Positions 1 through 8,563 of a stretch of DNA of 64,000 nt are shown here, piece by piece. The first letter of the stretch is position 1; the number at the start of each line of letters is the position of its first letter. The stretch comes from Terriglobia bacterium (GTDB taxonomy: Bacteria > Acidobacteriota > Polarisedimenticolia > Polarisedimenticolales > JAIQFR01): the NCBI GenBank assembly GCA_963748015.1, contig CAVVHE010000004.1:1216001-1280000 (forward strand), in the 5' to 3' direction. The notes under the pieces were generated by a model that was not told the DNA's origin, searched no databases, and saw nothing but the letters and a program-made list of their open reading frames with translations. The translations under genes and the position numbers were made by a program.

Positions 1-1
1 C

Positions 2-472
2 CCCCTCCACCGGCTGGGCGACGCGATCGCCGCCCCCCTCGCCCTCGCCCAGGGGCTCGGGCGCCTCGGTTGCTACAGCGCGGGGTGCTGCTGGGGTGTC
101 GAATCGCCCGGCCTGTGGTGCGCGAGCACGTTCACCGACCCCGTCGCGGCGGAGAGGACCGGGGTGCCGCTGAACGTCGCGCTGTTCCCTTCGCAGCTCG
201 TCCAGATGGCGAGCGACCTGGCCCTCGCGGCGCTCCTCACGTTTCTCTTCCGCCGCAAGATCCGCCCCTACGGCTCCACGTTCCTCTGGTACGTGCTGCT
301 GTACAGCCTGACGCGCGGCCTGATCGAGATCTGGCGCGGGGATGAGGTGCGGGGGCTTTACTTCGGCGGAACGCTCTCCACGTCGCAGATCGTCTCGATC
401 CTGGCCGGATCGTGGGCGCTCGGCATGCTGATCCTCTACCGGACCAAGTGGAAGGAGCCCGCGACGCCGTGA
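2..472 (+). CDS. lgt: Prolipoprotein diacylglyceryl transferase, 5'-truncated by the window edge
   Basis: Frame from nt 2 reads GLGRLGCYSAGCCWG...FPSQL...YSLTRGLIEIWRGD...STSQIVS (Lgt motifs); lies upstream of rluD. Confidence 0.9.
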   Translation, partial: PLHRLGDAIAAPLALAQGLGRLGCYSAGCCWGVESPGLWCASTFTDPVAAERTGVPLNVALFPSQLVQMASDLALAALLTFLFRRKIRPYGSTFLWYVLLYSLTRGLIEIWRGDEVRGLYFGGTLSTSQIVSILAGSWALGMLILYRTKWKEPATP

Positions 473-1428
473 CCGGGGAAACCGTGCGCCTCACGGTTCC
501 CGGCGACGCGAACGGAACGCGGCTCGACGTCTTCCTCGCGGCACGCGTCCCCGAGCGCAGCCGGTCCTCGCTTCGGCGGTTGATCCTGGACGGGAGGGTT
601 CGGGTGAACGGCCGCGCCGCGCCGAAGCCCGCGTTGTCGCTCGACGCGGGTGCGGAGGTCGAGCTCGTCCTGCCGCCCCCCACGCCCCCGACGCCGGCGC
701 CCGAGACGATCCCGGTCGAGGCGATCTACGAGGACGAGCACCTCGTCGTCGTGCTCAAGCCCGCGGGCCTCGTCGTCCACGCCGGCCACGGCCGACCGTC
801 GGGCACGCTCGTGAACGCCCTGCTCGGGCGCGGCACGCCGCTCGCCCCCGCGGGCGGAGCGGAGCGGCCGGGGATCGTCCACCGCCTCGACCGGGGAACC
901 TCGGGGCTCCTCGTCGTCGCGAAGACCGACGCGGCGCACCGCGCCCTGGCGGCCGCGTTCGCCCGCCGCGAGGTCCGGAAGACCTACCTCGCGCTGGTGT
1001 GGGGGCACCCCGATCCGTCGGCCGGGACGATCGAGCGAGCGATCGGAAGGAGCCGGTCGGATCCGACGAAGATGTCGGTCGCGGCGAGGAGGAGCCGGTC
1101 GGCGATCACGTCGTACCGCACGGTCGAGCGCCTCTCGGGATTCGCGCTGCTCGAGGTGGACCTCGTCACGGGGCGGACGCACCAGATCCGCGTGCACTTC
1201 GAGTCCGTGCGCCACCCGATCGTGGGGGACACGCGCTACGGCGGGCGCCCGGAGAAGAACCTCCGCGATCCCGCGAAGCGCGCCGCGGTCCTCGGCTTTC
1301 ACCGCCTGGCGCTCCACGCCGCGCGGCTCGCCTTCGCGCACCCCGTGAGCGGCGCGCCGCTCGCCTTCGACGCCCCTCTCCCCTCGGAGATCGAGGAGCT
1401 CCTCGAGGTCCTGAGGAGGGAGCGGTGA
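469..1428 (+). CDS. rluD: RluA/RluD-family pseudouridine synthase with S4 domain
   Basis: RLDVFLA S4 start, KPAGLVVH, GIVHRLDRGTSG (catalytic Asp), TGRTHQIRVH, LHA; GTG overlaps the lgt stop. Confidence 0.93.
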   Translation: MTGETVRLTVPGDANGTRLDVFLAARVPERSRSSLRRLILDGRVRVNGRAAPKPALSLDAGAEVELVLPPPTPPTPAPETIPVEAIYEDEHLVVVLKPAGLVVHAGHGRPSGTLVNALLGRGTPLAPAGGAERPGIVHRLDRGTSGLLVVAKTDAAHRALAAAFARREVRKTYLALVWGHPDPSAGTIERAIGRSRSDPTKMSVAARRSRSAITSYRTVERLSGFALLEVDLVTGRTHQIRVHFESVRHPIVGDTRYGGRPEKNLRDPAKRAAVLGFHRLALHAARLAFAHPVSGAPLAFDAPLPSEIEELLEVLRRER

Positions 1429-2357
1429 AGCGCGCACGGCGCCCGGCCGTGGCGGTGATCGGCGCGGGACGCCTCGCGCGCGTCTTCCTTCCGCACCTCG
1501 CCGCCGCCGGTTACGGGGTGGTGGCCGTGGCTTCCCGCTCCGCGAAGGACGCGCGCCGGATCTGCCGCACCATCCCGGGGACCTGCGCCGCCGCATCGCC
1601 GGCGGAGGCGGTCTCGCGGGCCCGCATCGTCCTTCTCGCCGTGCCCGACCGGGAGATCGAGCCTCTCGCTCGCGAGCTCGCGAGGAGCGTTCCCCGCGGA
1701 TGGGGCGCCCGAACGGTGATCCACCACGCCGGCGCGCTCGGCCCCTCGGTCCTGGCGCCCCTCTCGCGCCGCGGAGCGGCGGTCGCGGTCCTGCATCCGC
1801 TGCAGGTGCTCGGCGGCTCGCGAGCCGCTCGGACGATTCTCGCGGGGAGCCGCGCGCGGATCGAGGGGGACGCGCGCGGCGTGCGCGCGGCCCGCCGGCT
1901 CGCTCTCGACCTCGGGCTCGTCCCCGTCCGCTTCCCGCGGCCGCTCGGCCCCGCGGGGCGCGCCGCATGGCACGCCGCCGCGTCGCTGGCGTCGAACGAC
2001 CTCGTCGCCCTGCTCTCGCTGGCGGCGGAGACGCTCGGGGCCACGGGCCTCGCACCGGACGAGGCCCTCTCCGTGCTCCTGCCGCTCGCTCGAGGCGCGC
2101 TGGCGAACCTCGAGGCCGGGGGAATCGAAGGCGCCCTGACCGGACCGGTCGCGCGGGGGGACGCCGCGACCGTCGCGTCCCAGCTGCGAACGCTCCGGGG
2201 CTCCTGTCCCGAGGCGCTCGACGCCCACCGGGCGCTCTCCCTCCGGCTCCTCCGCATCGCGGCGGCCGCGGGGCGGGTTTCGGCGGCCGAGAAGGCGGAG
2301 CTCCGACGCGTGCTGGCGGGACCGGCGCGTGGCCGGAGCAGGAGCCGCATCGTATAG
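1425..2357 (+). CDS. Rossmann-like plus DUF2520 oxidoreductase (PanG-like)
   Basis: VIGAGRLA, LLAVPDREI, HHAGA, LHPLQ, WHAAASLASN, ALTGPVARGD; GTGA overlap with rluD. Confidence 0.88.
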   Translation: MKRARRPAVAVIGAGRLARVFLPHLAAAGYGVVAVASRSAKDARRICRTIPGTCAAASPAEAVSRARIVLLAVPDREIEPLARELARSVPRGWGARTVIHHAGALGPSVLAPLSRRGAAVAVLHPLQVLGGSRAARTILAGSRARIEGDARGVRAARRLALDLGLVPVRFPRPLGPAGRAAWHAAASLASNDLVALLSLAAETLGATGLAPDEALSVLLPLARGALANLEAGGIEGALTGPVARGDAATVASQLRTLRGSCPEALDAHRALSLRLLRIAAAAGRVSAAEKAELRRVLAGPARGRSRSRIV

Positions 2358-2379
2358 TAGCTGCCTTGGAGGATGGACC

Positions 2380-2982
2380 ATGCCATTCCGAGTTCCCCCC
2401 GCGGCCCGCGTCCTGCTCTGGCTCGCCGTCGCCTGCGCGCTGCTCGGAGCCGCGCCGGCGGCTCTCGCCCAGGTCACGGTGCCCGACATCCCGCCGAGCG
2501 TGCTCGTCCCGGGCGAGACCGGAGCGGGGGTCTGGGAGGGGACCTACGTCTTCTCCTGCCGCGATTTCAGGATCGGGCTCTGGATCCGGAGCAAGAACGG
2601 CATCCCCGAGCTGAAGATGCGCTACCAATCGCTGCAGAGCCCCGAGACCTTCGAGACCGACTGGAACGGGAAGGCCTCGTACTACCTGAGCGGCCAGCCG
2701 GCGACGTTCGAGATCACCTACAAGAGCCGGGACGCGCAGCACATCGTGGGCGGCTGGCACTGGGTGGTGGAATCGGTCGCCCGCGGCCGCGTGGACGACG
2801 CGGAGTTCACGATCTTCCGCAGCGGCTACGGGCGCAGCGCCGTCTTCAAGTTCGACAAGATGGAGCAGCAGGTGCGCACGCAGGAGACGGTTCGCCGGCT
2901 CCCCACGGTGCCTCCCCCGACGTGGACCTTCGCGAAGGTGTCGAAGCGGGTGGACGTGCTCTGGGAGGAGCTCCCCTTCTGA
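2380..2982 (+). CDS. Hypothetical secreted protein
   Basis: GGAGG RBS, signal peptide ending ALA-Q, strong coding codon bias, no family recognised. Confidence 0.8.
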   Translation: MPFRVPPAARVLLWLAVACALLGAAPAALAQVTVPDIPPSVLVPGETGAGVWEGTYVFSCRDFRIGLWIRSKNGIPELKMRYQSLQSPETFETDWNGKASYYLSGQPATFEITYKSRDAQHIVGGWHWVVESVARGRVDDAEFTIFRSGYGRSAVFKFDKMEQQVRTQETVRRLPTVPPPTWTFAKVSKRVDVLWEELPF

Positions 2983-4412
2983 GACCGCGCCGGGCGATCC
3001 GCGCTCTCTTCCTTCTCGCGGTCGCGGCGCTGCTCTCCGTCCGCCCTCTTCACGCGACCGCGCCGGCCGGGCCCTCGCCTTTCAACTGGAGGGCCTTCAA
3101 GCTCTCGGGGCCGCCGTCCGACCCCGCCGTCCGCGATCACGTCGAGTTCTGCCTCGGACTGGGCTTCAATGCGATCTGGATCTACTCGTACGAGGCGGGC
3201 CGCTGGGACGAGAGGTTCGCTCCGGAAGGGCCCTTCCTCGACCCGGCGTTCCTCGAGCTCGCAACGCGGCTCCGCGAGCGCGGCGTGCGAATGCTCGTGT
3301 CCATCAACCCTCCCGCCGACAGCGGGGAGCGGTTCGTCTACCGCACGAGCGACGGCGAGCGGCGCATCCGCCGGTTCGTGAAGCTCCTGCGCCGCGCCGG
3401 AGTGCGGGACTTCGTCCTCTCCTTCGACGACCAGCTCCGCGTGCTGACGGACCTCGGCGACATCGTCCACTACGGCTTCGGCGCCGCCCCGGCGCACCTC
3501 GACCTCGCCCGCAGGCTCGCGCGCCACGTGGGACGGGACGGCCGCCTCTGGCTCTGCGCCGCGGCGTACAGCGACGCGCACCTCGGCGACCTCCGCGGCC
3601 CCTATGCCGCGCCGTTCCTCGCGGGCCTTCCGTCGCTCCCGCGCGAGGTGGGCATCGTCTGGACCGGAACCGAGCCGATCTCGCCGTCGATCGCCTCCGG
3701 CGCCTTGAGGAAGACGCGCGAGCGGCTTGGCGGACGGGACCTCCTGCTCTACGACAACTTCGCGGCGATAGAGGGAGGCGCGGACCCGATCGCGGCCTAC
3801 CTCGGCCCCCTCCGCGACCGCGACGCGCGGCTGGTCGGCGAGGTGGCGATCTACATGGCGTGCCCGCTTTCCGGACCCGGCGTTTCCCGGTTGTCGCTCC
3901 TCACCGTTGCCGACTGGCTCGGACGCCCGGCCTGGTACGACCCGGACGACAGTTGGCGCCGGGCGATCGCGCGCCTGTCCGGAGCCGACGCCGGCGCCGC
4001 CGACGCGCTTCGTGTCCAGACGCTCGAGTGGCGAGGATGGGACTCCGGCCGGCGCTTCCGCCCCTGGGACCCCGCGGACCCGAGCGAAGCCGCGGACACG
4101 CTCGACGACCCCGCTCTCTCGGCCGAGTGGAGCTGGACGGTCGCCAGGTATCCGGAGCGCATGGCCGCGCTATCCGGGCTCGCCGACGTCCCGTTCCGCG
4201 ACGCGCTTCTCGAGCTGATGGCGAGACGACTCGCGATCGCCCGCTCCGTGCCCCCCGTGATCGAGTATCGCGCCCGGAGGCGCGCCGGCCGCGCGGACCT
4301 CGAGCCCTTGCTCGACGAGATCCGACGTGTGCGCTCGGAGGTCGCCGGCAATCCATCGGTCCTGAGGGCTCTCGACCGCTTCCTCGGGTACGCCGAGGTC
4401 CCCGTGCCCTGA
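2979..4412 (+). CDS. Divergent GH84-like (NAGidase / O-GlcNAcase) secreted glycoside hydrolase; start uncertain, possibly CTG
   Basis: SINP, VRDFVLSFDD (catalytic DD), GIVWTG, LLLYDNF, YLGPL, W..YDPDDSW; hydrophobic N-terminus. Confidence 0.7.
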   Translation: MRPRRAIRALFLLAVAALLSVRPLHATAPAGPSPFNWRAFKLSGPPSDPAVRDHVEFCLGLGFNAIWIYSYEAGRWDERFAPEGPFLDPAFLELATRLRERGVRMLVSINPPADSGERFVYRTSDGERRIRRFVKLLRRAGVRDFVLSFDDQLRVLTDLGDIVHYGFGAAPAHLDLARRLARHVGRDGRLWLCAAAYSDAHLGDLRGPYAAPFLAGLPSLPREVGIVWTGTEPISPSIASGALRKTRERLGGRDLLLYDNFAAIEGGADPIAAYLGPLRDRDARLVGEVAIYMACPLSGPGVSRLSLLTVADWLGRPAWYDPDDSWRRAIARLSGADAGAADALRVQTLEWRGWDSGRRFRPWDPADPSEAADTLDDPALSAEWSWTVARYPERMAALSGLADVPFRDALLELMARRLAIARSVPPVIEYRARRRAGRADLEPLLDEIRRVRSEVAGNPSVLRALDRFLGYAEVPVP

Positions 4413-4456
4413 GGGACAGGCGCCCATCCGGGCGGCCAGGCCGGCCGAACACGGGT

Positions 4457-4462
4457 TACAAT
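4457..4462 (+). promoter_or_regulatory. Putative -10 box for the MFS/OsmC genes
   Basis: TACAAT in a GC-rich intergenic gap, 43 nt before the ATG; GGGAG RBS. Confidence 0.45.
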
Positions 4463-4505
4463 CGCCGCTCGCGCGCCGCTCCCGGCCGCGCGCAGGGAGA
4501 CACGC

Positions 4506-5837
4506 ATGACCGACGCGCTCGCGCTGCCGCCGGGATGGTTCCATCCCGCCCGGAAGCCCTTCCGCTTCACCGTGCTCGCGTTCGCGAGCCTCATGGTCTT
4601 CGGGAGCTACTTCGCCTACGACAGCCTCGGGGCCATCGAGAGCCTTCTGATGAAGGCCTGGGGGGTGGACCGCGGCGCGATCGGGGCGACGTACACGATG
4701 TACAGCCTCGCCGCGATCCCGACCGTATTCATCGGCGGAATGCTCATCGACCGCCTGGGGACCCGCCGCGCGAGCCTGCTGTTCTCCGGGCTCGTCACCC
4801 TGGGCGCCGTGATCGTCGCGGTCGCGCCGAGCCTCTCGGTCCTCTACCTCGGGCGGCTGGTGTTCGGAATGGGCTCCGAGTCGCTCGTCGTGGCCCAGAG
4901 CGCCATCCTCGCCCGCTGGTTCACCGGCAAGGAGCTTGCGCTGTCGTTCGGCATCACGCTGACGGTCAGCCGGCTCGGCACGCTCTTCACCTTCAACACC
5001 GAGGCGCTGCTCGCCGAGCGCTTCGGGGTCTCCGCCGCGCTCGGGACCGCCGCCGCCCTCTGCGGCCTGAGCCTGCTCGCCAACCTCGTGTACAACATGA
5101 TGGACCGGCACGCGGAGCCGGCGATCGGGCTCAAGGAGGCGGGAGCGGGCGAGAAGATCGTCTTCGCCGACATCAAGCGGTTCCGCCCGTCGTTCTGGTT
5201 CGTGACGCTGCTCTGCGTCACCTTCTATTCGGCCATCTTCCCGTTCACCGCGCTGTCCACCGACATGTTCCACGAGAAGTGGGGGCTGCCGCTCACCGCG
5301 GGGGGCGAGGGCGGCGGTTTCCTCTCGTCGATCTTCTCGAACTACCTGCACATGTTCTCGACCGCGGGAGGGACCACCTCGATCATCATCTTCGCCTCGA
5401 TGGTGTTCGCGCCCTTCGCCGGGAGCTTCGTGGACCGGATCGGACGGCGGGCCTCCCTGATGGTCCTCGGGTCGCTCCTGATGATCCCCTGCCACCTCAT
5501 GCTCGGGCTCACGCACGTGACGCCGGCTCTCCCGATGATCGCGCTCGGCGCCGCCTTCGTGCTCGTCCCCGCGGCGATGTGGCCCTCGGTGCCGCTGGTC
5601 GTCGAGAAGGACCGCGTCGGGACCGCTTACGGGCTGATGACCGCGGTCCAGAACATCGGGCTCATGGCGTTCCCCTACATCAACGGGCAGCTGCGGGACG
5701 CTACCCACGGCTACACCGCGAGCCAGGTCACCTTCGCGGCGCTCGGGGCCGTCGGCTTCGTCTTCGCGATCCTGCTCTTGCGGGCCGACCGGCGCGCCGG
5801 GGGCGTGCTCGAGCGAGGGCACGCTCCGGCGCCCTGA
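4506..5837 (+). CDS. MFS transporter, MFSD1-like
   Basis: About 12 TM segments; GGMLIDRLGTRR motif A; FGSYFAYD, GRLVFGMGSESL, WFTGKEL, GTAYGLMTAVQNIGL. Confidence 0.92.
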   Translation: MTDALALPPGWFHPARKPFRFTVLAFASLMVFGSYFAYDSLGAIESLLMKAWGVDRGAIGATYTMYSLAAIPTVFIGGMLIDRLGTRRASLLFSGLVTLGAVIVAVAPSLSVLYLGRLVFGMGSESLVVAQSAILARWFTGKELALSFGITLTVSRLGTLFTFNTEALLAERFGVSAALGTAAALCGLSLLANLVYNMMDRHAEPAIGLKEAGAGEKIVFADIKRFRPSFWFVTLLCVTFYSAIFPFTALSTDMFHEKWGLPLTAGGEGGGFLSSIFSNYLHMFSTAGGTTSIIIFASMVFAPFAGSFVDRIGRRASLMVLGSLLMIPCHLMLGLTHVTPALPMIALGAAFVLVPAAMWPSVPLVVEKDRVGTAYGLMTAVQNIGLMAFPYINGQLRDATHGYTASQVTFAALGAVGFVFAILLLRADRRAGGVLERGHAPAP

Positions 5838-5851
5838 CGCGGGAGGTTTCC

Positions 5852-6264
5852 ATGGCCGTCAAGATCGAAGCCGTCTACGAGGGCGACCTGCACTGCAACG
5901 CGGTCCACGGGCCGTCGGGCGACCGGCTGAGCACCGACGCCCCCGTCGACAACCAGGGGAAGGGAGAGCGATTCTCCCCCACGGACATGGTCGCGGTCGC
6001 CCTCGGCACCTGCATCCTCACCACGATGGGGATCGCGGCGCGGAACCGCGGCCTCGACATCCGCGGGGCCCGCGCCGAGGTGCTGAAGGAGATGTCCTCG
6101 GTGCCCCGGCGGCACATCGGCAAGCTGACCGTGCGGATCGAGCTTCCCGGCCCACCTCGGACGAGAGGGCCCGGAGGATCATGACCGTCGCCGCGGAGGA
6201 GTGCCCGGTGGCGGCGTCGCTCGGCCCGACGACCGAGATCGAGACCACGATCGTCTATGTTTGA
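5852..6264 (+). CDS. OsmC-family protein, apparent frameshift near 6146-6160
   Basis: GGAGG RBS; TDAPVDNQGKGERFSPTD..ALGTC in one frame; second Cys (EECPVAASL) and stop at 6262-6264 in another frame. Confidence 0.85.
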
Positions 6265-6268
6265 AGGA

Positions 6269-6346
6269 TGGTGTCCCCAACGGGATTCGAACCCGTGTCG
6301 CCACCTTGAAAGGGTGGTGTCCTAGGCCAGACTAGACGATGGGGAC
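6269..6346 (-). tRNA. tRNA-Glu(TTC)
   Basis: GTCCCCA/TGGGGAC acceptor stem, CCACC-CTTTCAA-GGTGG anticodon arm, GGTTCGAATCC T-arm, encoded CCA. Confidence 0.97.
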
Positions 6347-6361
6347 CAATTCGAGAGGCGA

Positions 6362-8563
6362 TTGAAAAGTCTAGCGGAAACCGAGAAGCGAGGCAACCGC
6401 CGGCCCGTCGCGGGAGGCGAATCGGCACGCCCGCGCCGGCTGCCGTTCGCCGCCGGCCTCGCCGCGGTCGGTCTCGCGGGGTTCGCCGTTCGCGCGTCTC
6501 ACGCGCTCTCCGTGCTCGCGTCTCCCGCCGGCGAGACCCTCGTCCAGGACGCCGCGTTCTACCACCGCGAAGCCCTGCGCATCGTCGGCGCGATCGCGGC
6601 CCCGGGGCCGGGCGGCCCGAGCTTCATGAACGTCGGCCTCCCCTACGCGCTCGCGGCCGTCTACTCCATCGCCGGCCCCAGCGTGCGCGCGGCTCTCCTC
6701 GTGCAGGCGGTCCTGGGTTCGCTCGCCGCCGTACTGCTGGCGCTGGCCGTCGAGCGCATGGTCGGGAGCCGCCGGGTCGCGCTCGCCGCGGGGTTGCTGT
6801 GGGCGATCTACGCGCAATCGGTGTTCTACGACGGCCTGCTCCTGACGCCGTCCCTTACGAACGACTGTCTCGCCGTGGCGCTCCTCCTCGTAGCACTCCT
6901 CCGGCGCGGCGGCACTCCCCTTCTCGCGGCCGCGGCCGGGCTGGCGGTCGGCCTGGCGTCGGCCCTGCGGGCGAACCTGCTGCTCCTGGTGCCCGTCGTC
7001 GCCCTGCTGCTTCTCTTCGTTCCGGCCGTGGCCCCGCGCGCCGGCGATCGTCGCGCCCGGCGTCTCGCCGCCCTTCTCTTCGTGGCGGGCGCCGCCGTGG
7101 TGCCCCTGCCGATCGTCCTGATCAACGGCGCGACGCACGGCGAGTGGGTGCCGGTCTCGGCGAACGGCGGGATGAACTTCTGGGTCGGGAACAACCAGGA
7201 GGCGCAGGGGATCTACTACACCGCTCCCTTCCTCCCCGGCGTCAATCCCGACGGCGAGATGCGAAGCTACCTGGACGAGGCCCGGCGCCGCACCGGCAAC
7301 CCGTCGCTCACCCTCGCCGGGTCCAGCTCGTTCTGGCTGCGCGAGGGACTGCGCGACGTCGGCGCCCACTTCGCGCGCTGGCTCCGGATCGAGGGGCGGA
7401 AGTTCGTCCTCTTCTGGAACGCCTTCGAGGTGAACACCAACGTCGGGTTCGCGTTCGTCCGCGGCGTCTCGCCGGTCCTCGCTTCTCTGCCGATCGGATT
7501 CGGCGCGCTCGCGATCTTCGGGGTGGCCGGAATCGCGCTCCTGTTCCTGACCCGCCGTCACGACGCGGCGTGGCTGTCCGCCGCGCTGGTCCTGGTGCCG
7601 CTCGCGACCGTCCTGCTGTTCTTCGTCTCGGGCGAGTACCGGCACCCGGCGAGTCTCGGCCTCGCCATCGGCGCGGCGGTCGCCGTGGACGCGATCTGGA
7701 CCTTCGCCGAGGGGCGCCTCGCGGGGCGCCGGGCGGGCGGGGCGCGGCCGCGGCAACGCGGGCCGGCGTCCCGCGCCGGCTGGGCGCTCGCTGCGGGCGC
7801 CGCGATCGTGCCGATGGCGGCCTGGGACTTCCCGCAGCTCCGCCTCGGCTGCCATCCCCGCTACGACTACGAGAACTACGCCCGCGAGATGGTGGCGCCG
7901 CGTCCGGACGGCTCCCTTCCCGGCCGCGATGCGTTCGAACGGGCGGAGAGACTCCTCGACCTCGCCCCCGACTCGGACAGCGATCTCGTGCTGCTTCAGG
8001 CCCGTCTCGATCTGCACTCCCTCGGGGCCCGTATCCTCGGGGACCACGGCGAGGCCCGCCGGGCCGTGGACGCCGCCGGCGCGCTCGCCTCGCACGATCT
8101 CGCGGCCGGCCAGGGCGAGTACGCCGATGCGTTTCTCGCTCGCGTCCTGCGCGACATCCCGGGCAAGCTCGACGACCTCGCTCGCCTCGACGTCGTGCGG
8201 GGCGATCCCGCGCTCGGACGGGAGCTTTCGCTGCTCGGCGCGGGACGATGGTCGGAGATCGAGGAGATGGTGCGCCGATCGGACGTCGGCGGAGCCCTGC
8301 TGTTCGCGCGCGAGGCGCTCAAACGGACCCCTTTCGACCCGGACCTCCAGGCCGAGATGGGCCGGCTGCTCCTCCTGTCCGGAAGGGAGAGCGAGGGACT
8401 GGCGTGGCTCGAGCGCAGCTGCAGCGGCTGGGTCGAGACGCCGCGCTGCGCGGAGTACGCCGCGAACTACCTCGCCTCGCGGGGGCGATCCGCCGAGGCC
8501 CGGGAGGCCGCCCTCGAGGCGAGAAGGCGCCGCGAGGCCCACGGAGGGAAACGTGACCGTTGA
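6362..8563 (+). CDS. GT-C fold (PMT/ArnT-like) membrane glycosyltransferase with C-terminal TPR; start uncertain
   Basis: Many TM helices; first-loop QDAAFY, LRAN, GGMNFWVGNN, FWNAFE, YRHP; helical TPR-like tail. Confidence 0.8.
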   Translation: MKSLAETEKRGNRRPVAGGESARPRRLPFAAGLAAVGLAGFAVRASHALSVLASPAGETLVQDAAFYHREALRIVGAIAAPGPGGPSFMNVGLPYALAAVYSIAGPSVRAALLVQAVLGSLAAVLLALAVERMVGSRRVALAAGLLWAIYAQSVFYDGLLLTPSLTNDCLAVALLLVALLRRGGTPLLAAAAGLAVGLASALRANLLLLVPVVALLLLFVPAVAPRAGDRRARRLAALLFVAGAAVVPLPIVLINGATHGEWVPVSANGGMNFWVGNNQEAQGIYYTAPFLPGVNPDGEMRSYLDEARRRTGNPSLTLAGSSSFWLREGLRDVGAHFARWLRIEGRKFVLFWNAFEVNTNVGFAFVRGVSPVLASLPIGFGALAIFGVAGIALLFLTRRHDAAWLSAALVLVPLATVLLFFVSGEYRHPASLGLAIGAAVAVDAIWTFAEGRLAGRRAGGARPRQRGPASRAGWALAAGAAIVPMAAWDFPQLRLGCHPRYDYENYAREMVAPRPDGSLPGRDAFERAERLLDLAPDSDSDLVLLQARLDLHSLGARILGDHGEARRAVDAAGALASHDLAAGQGEYADAFLARVLRDIPGKLDDLARLDVVRGDPALGRELSLLGAGRWSEIEEMVRRSDVGGALLFAREALKRTPFDPDLQAEMGRLLLLSGRESEGLAWLERSCSGWVETPRCAEYAANYLASRGRSAEAREAALEARRRREAHGGKRDR
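6368..6396 (-). promoter_or_regulatory. Sigma70-like promoter of tRNA-Glu
   Basis: TTGCCT-17 nt-TAGACT on the minus strand, about 20 nt upstream of the tRNA. Confidence 0.6.

Noticed and set aside
6181..6184. TGA in OsmC as selenocysteine or readthrough
   Set aside because: The continuation is in a different frame, so an indel explains it.
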